A stretch of 52,949 nucleotides of DNA from Thermodesulfovibrionales bacterium (GCA_044450345.1 JBIOIY010000012.1:1-52949), one strand, 5' to 3'; positions 41,824 through 52,818 are shown, counted from the first letter of the stretch. The notes: a model not told the origin generated them from the letters alone. A program made the numbers and translations.

Positions 41824-42966
41824 CTATACCATTAATAATTCCTGGGCAACAGCGACCCCTGTCCCGAGCTTTAAGGAATGACCCATGCCTTTAAGCACCA
41901 TCTCGACTCCCGCTATTGCCGTTATCACGTCAAATGTCCCGGCGTATCCAAGGTGCGCGATCCTGAAGATCTTGCCTTTGACATGCCCCTGGCCGCCCGC
42001 GGCGGTGATGCCGTATTTCACCCTCAGGTTCTTATAGATCTCCTGGCCGTCCATCCCTGCGGGGGCGTTTATTGCCGTGACCGCGTAACTCGGGGACTCT
42101 TTAGTGAACATATCGAGTCCGAGCGCCTTTACCGCCTCGCGGGTGGCAAGCGAAAGCCTCTCATGTCTCTTGAATGCGTTATCGAGACCCTCTGCCCGGA
42201 GCAACTTCAAACTTTCGTTCAGCCCGATGATAAGTGTCACCGGCGACGTAAAGCTCGTCTGGTTCTTTGCCAGCGACTCCCGCTCTTTCTTGAAATTAAA
42301 ATAGAATTTAGGTGAAGTGGCCTTGTCTGCGAACTTCCATGCCTTCTCGCTCACGCCGACGAAGGCGAGGCCGGGAGGCAGCATAAGACCTTTCTGTGAG
42401 CCGCCTATCAGGACGTCTATCCCCCATTCGTCCATTTTGAGGTCATGCGCTACCAGGGCCGAAATCGCATCGACCACGAAGATAGTGTTTTCATGTCTCC
42501 TGACGATGGAGGCAAGGGCCTTTATATCGTGATAAACGCCTGTAGATGTCTCTGATGCCTGTACAAAAACCCCTTTTATGGAAGGGTCCTTTTTGAGTGC
42601 CTGTTCGACATCTTCGGGCTTCACAGCGTGTCCCCACTCTATCTTGATCTCCTCAACAGAGAGATTGTAAGCCTTGCATATCTTTGTCCATCGTTCACCG
42701 AAGTTTCCGGCGTTGATCACGAGGGCCTTGTCGCCGGGGCTGAAAAAATTGTTTACCGCTCCGACCATCCCTCCGGTGCCCGTCGAGCAGAGGATGAGGA
42801 CATCGTTCTTAGTCTGACAGAGCCACTGGAGCCCTTTTTTGGCCGAGTCGAGCACCGGCATAAAGTCCGGTGACCTGTGGTGAATGATCGGCATCGCCAT
42901 CGCGAGCAAGGCCTCAGGCGGAACCGGGGTCGGCCCAGGGGCTAAGAGATAACGTTTTAACATCAA
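41824..42966 (-). CDS. Class V aminotransferase (serine-pyruvate/alanine-glyoxylate type)
   Basis: PGPTP, ETSTG, VDAIS, SQKGL. Confidence 0.92.
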   Translation of the reverse strand: MMLKRYLLAPGPTPVPPEALLAMAMPIIHHRSPDFMPVLDSAKKGLQWLCQTKNDVLILCSTGTGGMVGAVNNFFSPGDKALVINAGNFGERWTKICKAYNLSVEEIKIEWGHAVKPEDVEQALKKDPSIKGVFVQASETSTGVYHDIKALASIVRRHENTIFVVDAISALVAHDLKMDEWGIDVLIGGSQKGLMLPPGLAFVGVSEKAWKFADKATSPKFYFNFKKERESLAKNQTSFTSPVTLIIGLNESLKLLRAEGLDNAFKRHERLSLATREAVKALGLDMFTKESPSYAVTAINAPAGMDGQEIYKNLRVKYGITAAGGQGHVKGKIFRIAHLGYAGTFDVITAIAGVEMVLKGMGHSLKLGTGVAVAQELLMV

Positions 42967-43143
42967 AACCTCCTTACTATTAGGGATTAATGAGTTGGAC
43001 TGGTCAAATCTGAGAGGCTGATCTCTAATCCCTGGCTATGGAACCGAAACTCGGTTAAGCTTTGAAAATTAGCATTAGAGCATCTTTTTTGTCAAGGACA
43101 GATACTTTACAACATCCCAGTCTCACTATTATAATGAAATAGC

Positions 43144-44613
43144 ATGAAAAATAAAATAGTTACCGGCATCGCGATCCTGCTCATAGGCTTTCTTCTGGGA
43201 GGCATCTCTTTTTATATTTTGGGCGAGTTTACGGGGAAGCAGAAGGTATATTCCCCCGTAGCAGCGCCGAATGTGCCGAGGCAGATAATCGAGACCAGCA
43301 GGGCTTTTTCCGAAATAGCCTCTTCGGTATCGCCGGCTGTTGTCAATATCTCTACGACAAAGGTCATGAAGAGGGATGCAAACCCTTTGTTCGAAGACCC
43401 TTTTTTCGATTTTTTCAATCCCTTCAGGGAATTCAGGACGCCGAAAAAGTGGAAAGAACAGAGCCTCGGATCAGGGGTCATCGTTTCACCGGACGGCTAT
43501 ATTATTACCAACAACCATGTCATCGAGCAGGCGGACGAGGTAAGGGTCACGCTTCTGGACAAGAGGTCCTTCAAGGCCAAGATTATAGGTGCCGATTCAA
43601 AGACCGATGTCGCGGTGGTGAAGATCGATGCCAAGGACCTTCCGACTGTCAGATGGGGCGATTCGGATAAACTCCAGGTCGGCGAGTTCGTCCTGGCTAT
43701 AGGGAACCCCTTTGGGCTGAGCCATACAGTTACAATGGGAATAATCAGCGCTGTGGGCAGGGCGAATGTCGGGATAGCGGATTATGAGGACTTTATCCAG
43801 ACTGACGCGGCAATTAACCCTGGGAATTCGGGTGGCCCGCTCGTCAATGTAAAGGGAGAACTTATCGGCATCAACACGGCCATTTTTTCCAGGTCAGGCG
43901 GATATCAGGGGATAGGGTTCGCTGTCCCTTCGAACATGGTCCGTCTTGTCATGGACCAACTGGAAAAGAAAGGGAAGGTAACTCGCGGGTGGCTTGGCGT
44001 GACCATCCAGGAGTTGACGCCTGAGCTTTCCCAGAAGTTCGGGCTGAAGAATGGGAAAGGTGCCCTTGTCGGAGACGTCGCGAAGGGAAGTCCGGCCGAG
44101 AAGGCCGGAATACGGCGGGGCGACATAATTCTCGAATTCAATGGGAAAGCGGTAAAGGACGTTGGCAACTTAAGAAATATGGTGGCCCAGAGCAGGGTCG
44201 GCTCCGAGGTGAATCTCGCGATACTCAGGGGCGATAAAGAATACGCCTTCCGGGTTGTGATCGCGGAGCTTCCCAAGGAAATATCGGAGGCGTCCTCCGG
44301 GAATGCGCCGGAAGAATCTCCGTATGAAGGTCTTGCCGGATTGAGCGTAATGGAATTGACAAAGGAAGTCGCAAGACAACTCGGCCTTCACAAAGAGGAG
44401 AAGGGGGTAGTTGTCGTAAGGGTTGAACCCGGCAGCAATACCGAGGAGGCGGGCATAAGAAAAGGCGACGTGATACAGGAAGTCGACAGGAAAAAAGTCG
44501 AGAAGCTGGCCGACTACAACAGGGTCATATCGGCATTAAGACCGGGCGATACGGTCCTCCTCTTTCTGAACCGGAGCGGCAAGAAATTCTACGTAACGCT
44601 GAGAACGTCTTAA
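43144..44613 (+). CDS. degQ: DegP/DegQ serine protease
   Basis: TNNHV, GNSGG, two PDZ domains. Confidence 0.92.
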   Translation: MKNKIVTGIAILLIGFLLGGISFYILGEFTGKQKVYSPVAAPNVPRQIIETSRAFSEIASSVSPAVVNISTTKVMKRDANPLFEDPFFDFFNPFREFRTPKKWKEQSLGSGVIVSPDGYIITNNHVIEQADEVRVTLLDKRSFKAKIIGADSKTDVAVVKIDAKDLPTVRWGDSDKLQVGEFVLAIGNPFGLSHTVTMGIISAVGRANVGIADYEDFIQTDAAINPGNSGGPLVNVKGELIGINTAIFSRSGGYQGIGFAVPSNMVRLVMDQLEKKGKVTRGWLGVTIQELTPELSQKFGLKNGKGALVGDVAKGSPAEKAGIRRGDIILEFNGKAVKDVGNLRNMVAQSRVGSEVNLAILRGDKEYAFRVVIAELPKEISEASSGNAPEESPYEGLAGLSVMELTKEVARQLGLHKEEKGVVVVRVEPGSNTEEAGIRKGDVIQEVDRKKVEKLADYNRVISALRPGDTVLLFLNRSGKKFYVTLRTS

Positions 44614-44702
44614 GAAACTGCAAACGTAATCAACACGTTACAAATCTCACTTTGTAATTGTCTTTTTTTCTCATATAATTCTAAAAGAAGGGAGGTGAGG
44701 AA

Positions 44703-45707
44703 ATGCTTCTTATTTTTAGAGTAGCCGTACTTTTATTGTTTGGTGTATCAGGGTATTTATTGGGATCGAGATACGGGTATGAGAATTACGGGGTAACTAT
44801 ATCTGTATTGTTGGGCGTTATTACCATTTATTCGGATCAGATATTGAAAAAGGTAAACGTCGGCACCATTGTCGGCGGAATCATCGGTATTGCAGCGGGG
44901 ATTCTCTTCGCAGAACTTTTCCTTGTCCCTATAAGGCTGCTGGTCAGGGAGGAGGTAGTGGTCGTCTCCTTTGCCGTTACGGCTATCTTCGGATACGGCG
45001 GGCTTGTGATTGGGCTGAACAGGGGAAGGGGGATGACGATGCCGGAGATATTCCGGCTCCTGAGAGGCCAGGGGTATGAGGAAAACCTCAAGATCCTCGA
45101 TACCAGCGTCATCATCGACGGCCGGATATCCGATGTATGTGAGGCCGGCTTTATCGAAGGGACCTTTATCGTCCCTCAGTTTATACTGCAGGAATTGCAA
45201 TATATCGCCGATTCGCAGGACGCTACGAAGAGGGCACGCGGCAGAAGGGGGCTGGATGTGCTGCATAAGATACAGAAGATGTCCAACATTACCGTGAAGA
45301 TTATCGACGAAGACTTCCCGAAGATCAAAGAAGTCGATTCGAAGCTTGTCGCCCTGGGGAAGATGATGAGCGCCAAGATAATCACGAATGATTTCAATCT
45401 CAACAAGGTGGCCCAGCTCCAGGGGGTAGCGGTCCTGAATATAAATGAACTCGCAAATTCCCTGAAACCAGTTGTCCTGCCCGGCGAGACGATGCGGGTA
45501 TTTGTGCTGAAGGAAGGGAAGGAGTATAATCAGGGCGTGGCTTACCTTGACGACGGCACGATGGTGGTGGTGGAGAACGGTCGTAAGTTGCTGGGGAGGA
45601 ATATTGAGGTGACTGTGACGAGCGTCCTTCAGACGACGGCCGGACGCATGATTTTTGCGAAGGCGAAAGAGGAGTACGAGAAAGAGGAGGCAAAGACTGC
45701 AAGATAA
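44703..45707 (+). CDS. PIN/TRAM domain protein (YacL-like)
   Basis: LDTSVIIDGR, GRRGLD, TNDFNL, LQTTAGRMIF. Confidence 0.92.
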   Translation: MLLIFRVAVLLLFGVSGYLLGSRYGYENYGVTISVLLGVITIYSDQILKKVNVGTIVGGIIGIAAGILFAELFLVPIRLLVREEVVVVSFAVTAIFGYGGLVIGLNRGRGMTMPEIFRLLRGQGYEENLKILDTSVIIDGRISDVCEAGFIEGTFIVPQFILQELQYIADSQDATKRARGRRGLDVLHKIQKMSNITVKIIDEDFPKIKEVDSKLVALGKMMSAKIITNDFNLNKVAQLQGVAVLNINELANSLKPVVLPGETMRVFVLKEGKEYNQGVAYLDDGTMVVVENGRKLLGRNIEVTVTSVLQTTAGRMIFAKAKEEYEKEEAKTAR

Positions 45708-46422
45708 GAGGAGGGCTTATGGAGCGGGCGATAAAGTCACCGCTGTTATTCCTGCTGCCGGGCTCGGCAAGAGGTTTGGTGACGGAACGAGCAAGCAGTA
45801 TGTGATGTTGCGCGGCAAGCCGCTTTTGGTGTGGGCACTCGAAACCCTTGAGGCATCACCGGAAATATTCGAAATCATACCGGTCCTCAAAGACGGGGAG
45901 ATGGAATCCGGAATCAGGATGCTTGAAAAATACGGGATCTCAAAGGTGAGGCGTATCGCCCCGGGGGGCAAAGAAAGACAGGATTCTGTTTTTCACGGCC
46001 TCAAGATCGTAGACGACAGAAAGGGCGTTGTGCTTGTACACGACGGCGTCAGGCCCATCATAGAGCCGTCCCTCGTGGCGAATGCAATAGCTCAGCTGAA
46101 GAACTGCGAGGGCGTTGTCGTGGGGGTTCCTGTAAAAGATACGATTAAGGAAGTTGAAGAGGGAGAGGTCAAGCATACGTTGAGGAGGGATACGCTATGG
46201 TCGGTGCAAACCCCTCAGGTATTCCGCTATGAAACGCTATATGATGCATATGAGCGGGCCGCGAAAGACTCTTTTAGCTCTACGGACGACTCTGCGCTCG
46301 TTGAGAAATACGGCGGCAGGATAAAGATGGTGATGGGCTCCTATAAAAATATCAAGATCACTACCCCGGAAGATCTGAAGATGGCTGAATTATTCCTCGA
46401 AATGAGAGAAAATAAGGTGTGA
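45655..46422 (+). CDS. ispD: MEP cytidylyltransferase (start uncertain)
   Basis: PAAGLGKRF, HDGVRP, VQTPQ, KITTPED. Confidence 0.94.
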   Translation: MRRRKRSTRKRRQRLQDKRRAYGAGDKVTAVIPAAGLGKRFGDGTSKQYVMLRGKPLLVWALETLEASPEIFEIIPVLKDGEMESGIRMLEKYGISKVRRIAPGGKERQDSVFHGLKIVDDRKGVVLVHDGVRPIIEPSLVANAIAQLKNCEGVVVGVPVKDTIKEVEEGEVKHTLRRDTLWSVQTPQVFRYETLYDAYERAAKDSFSSTDDSALVEKYGGRIKMVMGSYKNIKITTPEDLKMAELFLEMRENKV

Positions 46423-46895
46423 GGATCGGGGTTGGCTACGATTCCCACAGGCTTGTCCCGGGCCGGAAGCTCATTATAGGCGGGGTCGAAATCCCGTTTG
46501 AAAAGGGCATGGGAGGACATTCCGATGCCGACGTGCTCTGTCATGCGATCACCGATGCCGTCATAGGTGCTCTCGGTCTTGGTGATATCGGCACCCATTT
46601 CCCTGATACCGATCCGAAATGGAAGGACGCGGTGAGCATCGAACTTCTCAAATATATCATAGAACTGGCTAGGATGAATGGCTTCCGGGTGGCATGGGTG
46701 GACACGACGATCATCGCTGAACGACCTAGGCTCTCACCGTATGTTATTCAGATGAAGCAGGCGCTTTCCGGAAGCGGCATTCCCGCCGGTGCCATAAACA
46801 TCAAAGCGAAGACCAACGAGGGCATGGGATTTACAGGGCGCGGCGAGGGCATTGCCGCCTATGCGGTATGTCTGCTCGACAAGGTTGATAAATGA
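46419..46895 (+). CDS. ispF: MEcPP synthase
   Basis: GYDSH, HSDAD, GDIGTHFPD. Confidence 0.96.
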   Translation: MRIGVGYDSHRLVPGRKLIIGGVEIPFEKGMGGHSDADVLCHAITDAVIGALGLGDIGTHFPDTDPKWKDAVSIELLKYIIELARMNGFRVAWVDTTIIAERPRLSPYVIQMKQALSGSGIPAGAINIKAKTNEGMGFTGRGEGIAAYAVCLLDKVDK

Positions 46896-46911
46896 AAAAG
46901 AGGAGGTTTTG

Positions 46912-47622
46912 ATGGACATTGTCGGAATCTTTAAGGAAAGTGTCGAGGTATCGAAAAAGAATTATATAATTTTTGCGCCGACTGTGGCGGTCGCAGTAGT
47001 TATGTCAGTCCTAACCCTCATCCTCGTAGGCAGCGGTGTCCTCTCGATTGGCCTCATGGGGGGCGGGATGCATTCCCCCGGGGGGATGATGCCGCTGATC
47101 GGGGCAATGATGGGCGGGCTCTTTATCGTCGCTGTTCTCGGCACCATACTCGGGCTCATTGCACACGGCATGACCGTGGGGATGGCTAGGGAGGCTATTG
47201 AAAAGGGGTCCACCTCCCTTAGCAGCGGATTCTCCGTCGCAATGGGCCGCCTGGCGCAGTTGGTCGTCGCATCGACACTTGTGGGGATAATAGTTTTTGT
47301 CGGTTTTATGCTTCTCTTTATTCCCGGTCTTATCGCGGCATTTTTCCTGATGTTCACCTTTGTCTCGGTCATTGTCGACAATACCGGCGCGGTCGAAGCG
47401 ATGAAGAAGAGTTATGCGACGGTTAAGACGAACCTGAACGACTCCATAGTATTCTTTATCGGCATGATAGCTGTCGGGGTTGTCTTTGCGGTCGCAAATG
47501 CGGTCCTTAACGTAATCCCGATACTCGGACAACTGCTCGGCATGGCACTCATAGGCGCCTTCGGAGGATATATTTCGGTGGTGATCGTGAAGGTGTATTT
47601 GGAGCTGACCAAGGGCACCTGA
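46912..47622 (+). CDS. Hypothetical membrane protein
   Basis: AGGAGG RBS; multiple TM helices. Confidence 0.75.
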   Translation: MDIVGIFKESVEVSKKNYIIFAPTVAVAVVMSVLTLILVGSGVLSIGLMGGGMHSPGGMMPLIGAMMGGLFIVAVLGTILGLIAHGMTVGMAREAIEKGSTSLSSGFSVAMGRLAQLVVASTLVGIIVFVGFMLLFIPGLIAAFFLMFTFVSVIVDNTGAVEAMKKSYATVKTNLNDSIVFFIGMIAVGVVFAVANAVLNVIPILGQLLGMALIGAFGGYISVVIVKVYLELTKGT

Positions 47623-47738
47623 TAGAATTATATATTCTCTGCCCGAGCAGACCCGCCCGTCGTGGCTTGGCGCTCTCGTTTTTTTCTTCTAAAACTCAAG
47701 CAGCAAACATTCCCGCTATGCAAAGGGGGTCCTCCAAG

Positions 47739-48497
47739 TCAGCAGTAGATCATCTTCTTCGTCATTCCGCCGTCGACAATAAAATTTGCGCCTGTGATAA
47801 AAGACGCCTCCTCCGAGGCGAGATAGACTATGATCGATGCGATATCTTCAGGTCTGCCGACCCTTCCCGCCGGATGTTGTTTGTGGTCGGCCTCAGTGAG
47901 TTTCGGCCCCTGCCTCACGCTTTTCTTTTTCCAGTTCGATACGTCGATCCATCCCGGGCTGACGCAATTCACCCGCACGTTTGGTCCGAGGCTCATGGCA
48001 AGGGCGTGGGAAAGGGCGAAAATGCCGCCCTTAGACGCAGAATATGCTTCAGTATCGGCCTCGGACATGAAGGCGCGCGTTGAGGCGACATTGACTATTG
48101 TCCCTCTGCACTCCCTGAGATATGCAGCGAAGTGCTTTGCACAAAGGAAAGTGCCCGTGAGGTTCACCGAGATGATCCTGTTCCATTCCTCGATAGAGAG
48201 TTCTGCGACCGGCCTGCTGAGAAAAACGCCGGCATTGTTTACAAGGAGATGCACCCGCTCGTAATTTCGCCATGTCTCCTTCGCCAGACCCTTTACATCC
48301 GCCTCCTTAGAAATGTCAGCGCGCAGGAAAAGGATCTCCCCGGGACACGCAAACTCCTCGACAGTTTCCTGTCCCGCTTCCTCATCGATGTCCGCGATAA
48401 CTACCCTCATCCCCTCTGATATAAGCCTCTTTGCAACTGCCTTGCCTATGCCTTGAGCACCCCCCGTGACTACGGCCACTTTGCCCTTGAGAGCCAT
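47739..48497 (-). CDS. SDR oxidoreductase
   Basis: TGGAQGIG, NNAG, YSASK. Confidence 0.92.
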   Translation of the reverse strand: MALKGKVAVVTGGAQGIGKAVAKRLISEGMRVVIADIDEEAGQETVEEFACPGEILFLRADISKEADVKGLAKETWRNYERVHLLVNNAGVFLSRPVAELSIEEWNRIISVNLTGTFLCAKHFAAYLRECRGTIVNVASTRAFMSEADTEAYSASKGGIFALSHALAMSLGPNVRVNCVSPGWIDVSNWKKKSVRQGPKLTEADHKQHPAGRVGRPEDIASIIVYLASEEASFITGANFIVDGGMTKKMIYC

Positions 48498-48627
48498 TGT
48501 CGCACCTCCTTGCCGATCATGCGGAATAATCTTCATCTAAAGTGTATCAGCAAATAGAGGCAGACGGAATGTCCTTGGACCACAAGGCCTGCAAGAAGGG
48601 GAAGACGTATTTCGACAGAGAGGTCTG

Positions 48628-49035
48628 TCAAGGCCGCTGCTTTATTTCTTCTATAGCCTCCCCGATGATGAGATTGACGTTGGGGTCACTATCGTTGAGC
48701 CGTTTTTCGAGAAAAGGCAGCGCACCCTTATCACCGATGATGCCGAGTATGTTCGAGACGTCTCCGCGAATAACAGGGTTTTCATGATCGAGAAGAGGCA
48801 ATAAGGGTGGGACAGCAGCAGGCACGTTGGGGGCATCGAGCACGCTGAGTTCTTCCATCAGCGCGGTCACGCCTATCCTTACTCTCACCCTTTCGTCTTG
48901 TATCAACTCCCAGACAAGACCGTAGAGTTTACTGTCGTGCCTGAACATATCGACAATATTTTCGAGAAAGCCCTTTTCCATGTAGTCGGCTATCATGGAC
49001 ACGAGGCTGCTGTCGGCGCCGCCAGTCTTATTCAT
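48628..49035 (-). CDS. HEAT-repeat protein
   Basis: LL.HENPVIRGD..LG.IG..LND.DPNV. Confidence 0.78.
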   Translation of the reverse strand: MNKTGGADSSLVSMIADYMEKGFLENIVDMFRHDSKLYGLVWELIQDERVRVRIGVTALMEELSVLDAPNVPAAVPPLLPLLDHENPVIRGDVSNILGIIGDKGALPFLEKRLNDSDPNVNLIIGEAIEEIKQRP

Positions 49036-49185
49036 GGGTTACTATAACGCGACGTAACAAGGGAGGACAAGGGCGGAGTTGTTGCTGTGCGGGATAAGTA
49101 TTCCCCCGCTCTTTCGCTTTTCTTTAAAATTCCCAACACCGTACGGACGGTTTTTTATTGTATAATAAAGACTTAAGTGGACAAT

Positions 49186-51312
49186 ATGGGGTTCTTGGGC
49201 AATATAAGGCGTGACTACAAGGCTGTCTTTGAGAGAGATCCGGCTGCAAAGAACGGTCTCGAAGTTATTCTTGCATATCCCGGCTTCCACGCGATATTCT
49301 GGCACAGGATCAACCACGTGCTCTGGGAGCTTGGGATACCGGTAGTCCCGCGGCTTTTATCACATATTGCACGTTTTCTTACCGGAATCGAAATTCACCC
49401 TGCTGCAAAGATAGGCCCCGGCTTTTTCATCGACCACGGTATGGGAGTGGTGATCGGAGAGACTGCGGAGGTCGGCGAGAACTGCCTTCTTTACCAGGGG
49501 GTGACCCTCGGAGGGACGGGCAAGGAAAAGGGCAAGCGTCATCCGACGTTGAAAAACAACGTGGTTGTCGGGGCTGGCGCGAAGATACTGGGGGCGATAA
49601 CGGTCGGGAATAATGTTATTATAGGGGCCAATTCCGTCATCCTGAAGCCGGTCCCGGACAATGCGATCTGTGTAGGGGTGCCGGGGAGGATTACGAGGAA
49701 GAAGATCCTCAGGATGACGACAGATGACGGGATGGTCGAGGTTATGGATTATTTCCCTGATCCTGTCATAGAAAAGCAGAAGGAACTCGAATCACGCATC
49801 GATGAACTTACGAAGAGACTCGACAGCGTCGAAAGGGCGAAGGATAGAGGAGGACGGATGAAGATCTATAACACCCTTACCGGCAAAAAGGAGGAATTCA
49901 TGCCGGTGGAGCCGGGAAAGGTCGGGATGTACGCCTGCGGCGTCACGGTTTATGACCATTGCCACATCGGCCATGCGCGGTCCGCTGTGGTCTTCGACGT
50001 TATGCGGAGGTACATGATCTACAAGGGGTATCAGTTCAAATACGTACGTAACTTTACCGACATCGACGATAAGATCATAAACAAGGCTAATAAGGAAGGT
50101 GTTACCTGGGACGCCATCGCGAGGAAATATACGGATGAGTATTACAGGGACATGGACTCCCTCGGCATCGGAAGGGCAGACGTAGAGCCGAAGGCAACGG
50201 ACCACATCAAAGAGATCATTGAGATGGTGAGTGGCCTTGTCGAAAAAGGATATGCCTATGAAATCGACGGCAGCATCTACTTCGAGGTATCGAAGTTTGC
50301 GGGCTACGGGAAACTCTCAAAGAGAGACCTTGAAGATATGATGGCCGGCGCCAGGGTTGAAGTGGACGAGCGAAAGAGAAATCCAATGGACTTCGCCCTC
50401 TGGAAGGCCTCGAAAGAAGGCGAGCCGGTATGGGAGAGCCCCTGGGGGCCGGGCAGGCCCGGCTGGCACATTGAATGCTCGGCTATGTCCCGGAAGCATC
50501 TCGGCGAGACCTTGGACATACATGGGGGCGGGGCTGACCTCATCTTCCCTCACCACGAGAATGAGATAGCACAGTCGGAGGCGTATACCGGGAGGCCCTT
50601 CGTAAGATACTGGGTCCATAACGGTTTTATTACGGTAGATAAGGAGAAGATGTCGAAATCCCTCGGCAACTTCTTTACCATACAGGAGATACTTAATAAG
50701 TTCGATCCCGAGGCCGTAAGGTTCTTTCTTCTTTCTACGCATTACAGGAGTCCTATCGAATTTTCAGACGAGCAATTGAGGGAGGCCGAGGCGTCTATAG
50801 ACAGATATTATACGACGGTCCTGAGGATCAGGGAGTTCCTTTCACAGGACGGCGCGAAAGAAAAAACAGCAGTTGATGAGAAGGCCCTCGAGGACCTCCT
50901 TTTGAAATTCGTCGAAAAGTTCAAGGAAGCTATGGACGACGATTTCAACACTGCGCTTGCGATCGGCAATGTCTTCGAACTTATCAGAATGCTCAATAAG
51001 TACATGGACGGAAGGCCTTCCGGAAGCAAGGCCATCGGACTCATAAAAGAGTCCGGTGAGTTCCTGAAAGAGACCGGGAACGTCCTCAACATCTTCACCC
51101 GGACCCCCGAGGAATGGTACAAGGCCCTCATGTCCGTCAAGAATATTGGACTTACCGAAGCGGACATCCTCGTCAGGATAGACGAACGGAAACAGGCACG
51201 AGAGAGGAAAGACTGGGCCGAGGCCGACAGGATAAGGAAAGAACTCGAAGAAAAGGGGATTTTACTTGAAGACAGGAAAGACGGGACGGGGTGGAAAATC
51301 AAGATCGCATGA
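49186..51312 (+). CDS. cysE-cysS: Serine O-acetyltransferase fused in frame to cysteine-tRNA ligase
   Basis: RDPAA..EIHPAA..HPT then CGVTVYD HIGH, PGWHIECS, KMSKS; no stop at junction. Confidence 0.92.
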   Translation: MGFLGNIRRDYKAVFERDPAAKNGLEVILAYPGFHAIFWHRINHVLWELGIPVVPRLLSHIARFLTGIEIHPAAKIGPGFFIDHGMGVVIGETAEVGENCLLYQGVTLGGTGKEKGKRHPTLKNNVVVGAGAKILGAITVGNNVIIGANSVILKPVPDNAICVGVPGRITRKKILRMTTDDGMVEVMDYFPDPVIEKQKELESRIDELTKRLDSVERAKDRGGRMKIYNTLTGKKEEFMPVEPGKVGMYACGVTVYDHCHIGHARSAVVFDVMRRYMIYKGYQFKYVRNFTDIDDKIINKANKEGVTWDAIARKYTDEYYRDMDSLGIGRADVEPKATDHIKEIIEMVSGLVEKGYAYEIDGSIYFEVSKFAGYGKLSKRDLEDMMAGARVEVDERKRNPMDFALWKASKEGEPVWESPWGPGRPGWHIECSAMSRKHLGETLDIHGGGADLIFPHHENEIAQSEAYTGRPFVRYWVHNGFITVDKEKMSKSLGNFFTIQEILNKFDPEAVRFFLLSTHYRSPIEFSDEQLREAEASIDRYYTTVLRIREFLSQDGAKEKTAVDEKALEDLLLKFVEKFKEAMDDDFNTALAIGNVFELIRMLNKYMDGRPSGSKAIGLIKESGEFLKETGNVLNIFTRTPEEWYKALMSVKNIGLTEADILVRIDERKQARERKDWAEADRIRKELEEKGILLEDRKDGTGWKIKIA

Positions 51313-52042
51313 CGAATGGATCTACGGACTTAACCCTGTCCTGGAAACCATAAGGTCAGGCCGGCAGGTCAAAACAGTATTCCTTTCCGCGTCCAGAAAA
51401 GAGGGGATCGCCGGAATAGAGAGGGAGATACTGTCCAGGGGCATTGTGCTGAAAAAGGCCGACCAGTCTTTTTTCGACAGCAGGTTTCCGAAAGGCCATC
51501 AGGGCGTTGCCGCTGTGGTTGCACCGAGGGAATACGCTGAGTTGGAAGAACTGTTCAAGGTGCCTCCTTTGAATAATGAGACCCCTTTTTTTCTTATCCT
51601 GGACTGCGTAGAAGACCCGAGGAACTTTGGTGCGATCTTAAGGACGGCAGATGCGGGCGGAGTTCACGGCGTTGTTATCCAGTCGCATCGGTCTGCAACA
51701 CTGGTGCCCGAGGCGGTAAAGGCCTCGGCAGGGGCCGCCGAATACATACCCGTGGCGATGGTAGCCAACGTAAAGCATGCGATGGCCGGGATGAAGGAAG
51801 CTGGAGTTTTGGTGGTGGGCGCAGAGGCAGGGGCGAAGAAGACGATCTGGGATCTCGACCTGAGTGTTCCCTTGGCGCTGGTGGTCGGGTCCGAAGGCAA
51901 GGGGCTGAGAAGGACGGTGAGAGAGGACTGTGACGTGCTGGTGAGCCTCCCTATGAAAGGGAGGGTGAATTCCCTCAACGTGTCTGTTGCTGCGGCTGTT
52001 ATGATATATGAGGTAATCCATCAGAGAATAAGAAAAACGTAG
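51266..52042 (+). CDS. rlmB: 23S rRNA Gm2251 methyltransferase
   Basis: HQGV, DPRNFGAILRTA, GSEGKG, SLNVSVA. Confidence 0.94.
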   Translation: MKTGKTGRGGKSRSHDEWIYGLNPVLETIRSGRQVKTVFLSASRKEGIAGIEREILSRGIVLKKADQSFFDSRFPKGHQGVAAVVAPREYAELEELFKVPPLNNETPFFLILDCVEDPRNFGAILRTADAGGVHGVVIQSHRSATLVPEAVKASAGAAEYIPVAMVANVKHAMAGMKEAGVLVVGAEAGAKKTIWDLDLSVPLALVVGSEGKGLRRTVREDCDVLVSLPMKGRVNSLNVSVAAAVMIYEVIHQRIRKT

Positions 52043-52171
52043 CTTTTTAGAGCAATGATACTTTTTCCCCTGATAGTCCTTGTTTTTTTACTATTGACCG
52101 CGGTATAATATTTTCTTTATATTATTTAGTTCTGAAAAGTCCATGGCGAGCTGTTGTCTTTTCTGAGGAAT

Positions 52172-52247
<76 letters not shown>

Positions 52248-52251
52248 AGAA

Positions 52252-52343
52252 GATAGTGAATAGTGAAAAGTAAATAGTGAATAGAGGGTAGCGAAAAGGA
52301 AACAATCTTCGGGTTTATCTCTCTTCACTACTCACTTTTCACT
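52252..52343. repeat. Inverted heptamer (ATAGTGA/TCACT) repeat hairpin in tRNA spacer
   Basis: atagtga atagtga aaagtaa atagtga ... tcactac tcacttt tcact. Confidence 0.7.
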
Positions 52344-52358
52344 TGTGACTGAAGTTTT

Positions 52359-52443
52359 GGAGAGGTACCCGAGTGGCCAAAGGGGACGGGCTGTAAACCC
52401 GTTGGCATAGCCTACGGAGGTTCAAATCCTCCCCTCTCCACCA
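52359..52443 (+). tRNA. tRNA-Tyr(GTA)
   Basis: Anticodon GTA, long variable arm, CCA end. Confidence 0.96.
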
Positions 52444-52508
52444 TGTTTTCGCTGCTCGGAAACATAATGTGAGATTTGCAATTTCAGCAATTTGAAATTT
52501 TTAGGTGT

Positions 52509-52583
52509 GCGGGAGTAGCTCAGTGGTAGAGCGTCAGCCTTCCAAGCTGAGGGTCGCGGGTTCGAATCCCGTTTCCCGCTCCA
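52509..52583 (+). tRNA. tRNA-Gly(TCC)
   Basis: Anticodon TCC, CCA end. Confidence 0.96.
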
Positions 52584-52661
52584 GAAAAGAAGTGGTCGGC
52601 GGTCAGATGTTAGTTGTCGGTAACGAAGGACTGATAGTTATAAGCTGGCAGCTTTTTAGAT

Positions 52662-52737
52662 GCCCATGTAGCTCAGTCGGCAGAGCACATCCTTGGTAAG
52701 GATGAGGTCACCAGTTCGATTCTGGTCATGGGCTCCA
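52662..52737 (+). tRNA. tRNA-Thr(GGT)
   Basis: Anticodon GGT, CCA end. Confidence 0.96.
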
Positions 52738-52818
52738 TCAAAGGCGTGAAGAGCCGTTTTATTTTTGTGGAAACAGGTTAACTGATAGTGAATAGCTATA
52801 ATTATTGTAGGAGGCAAG

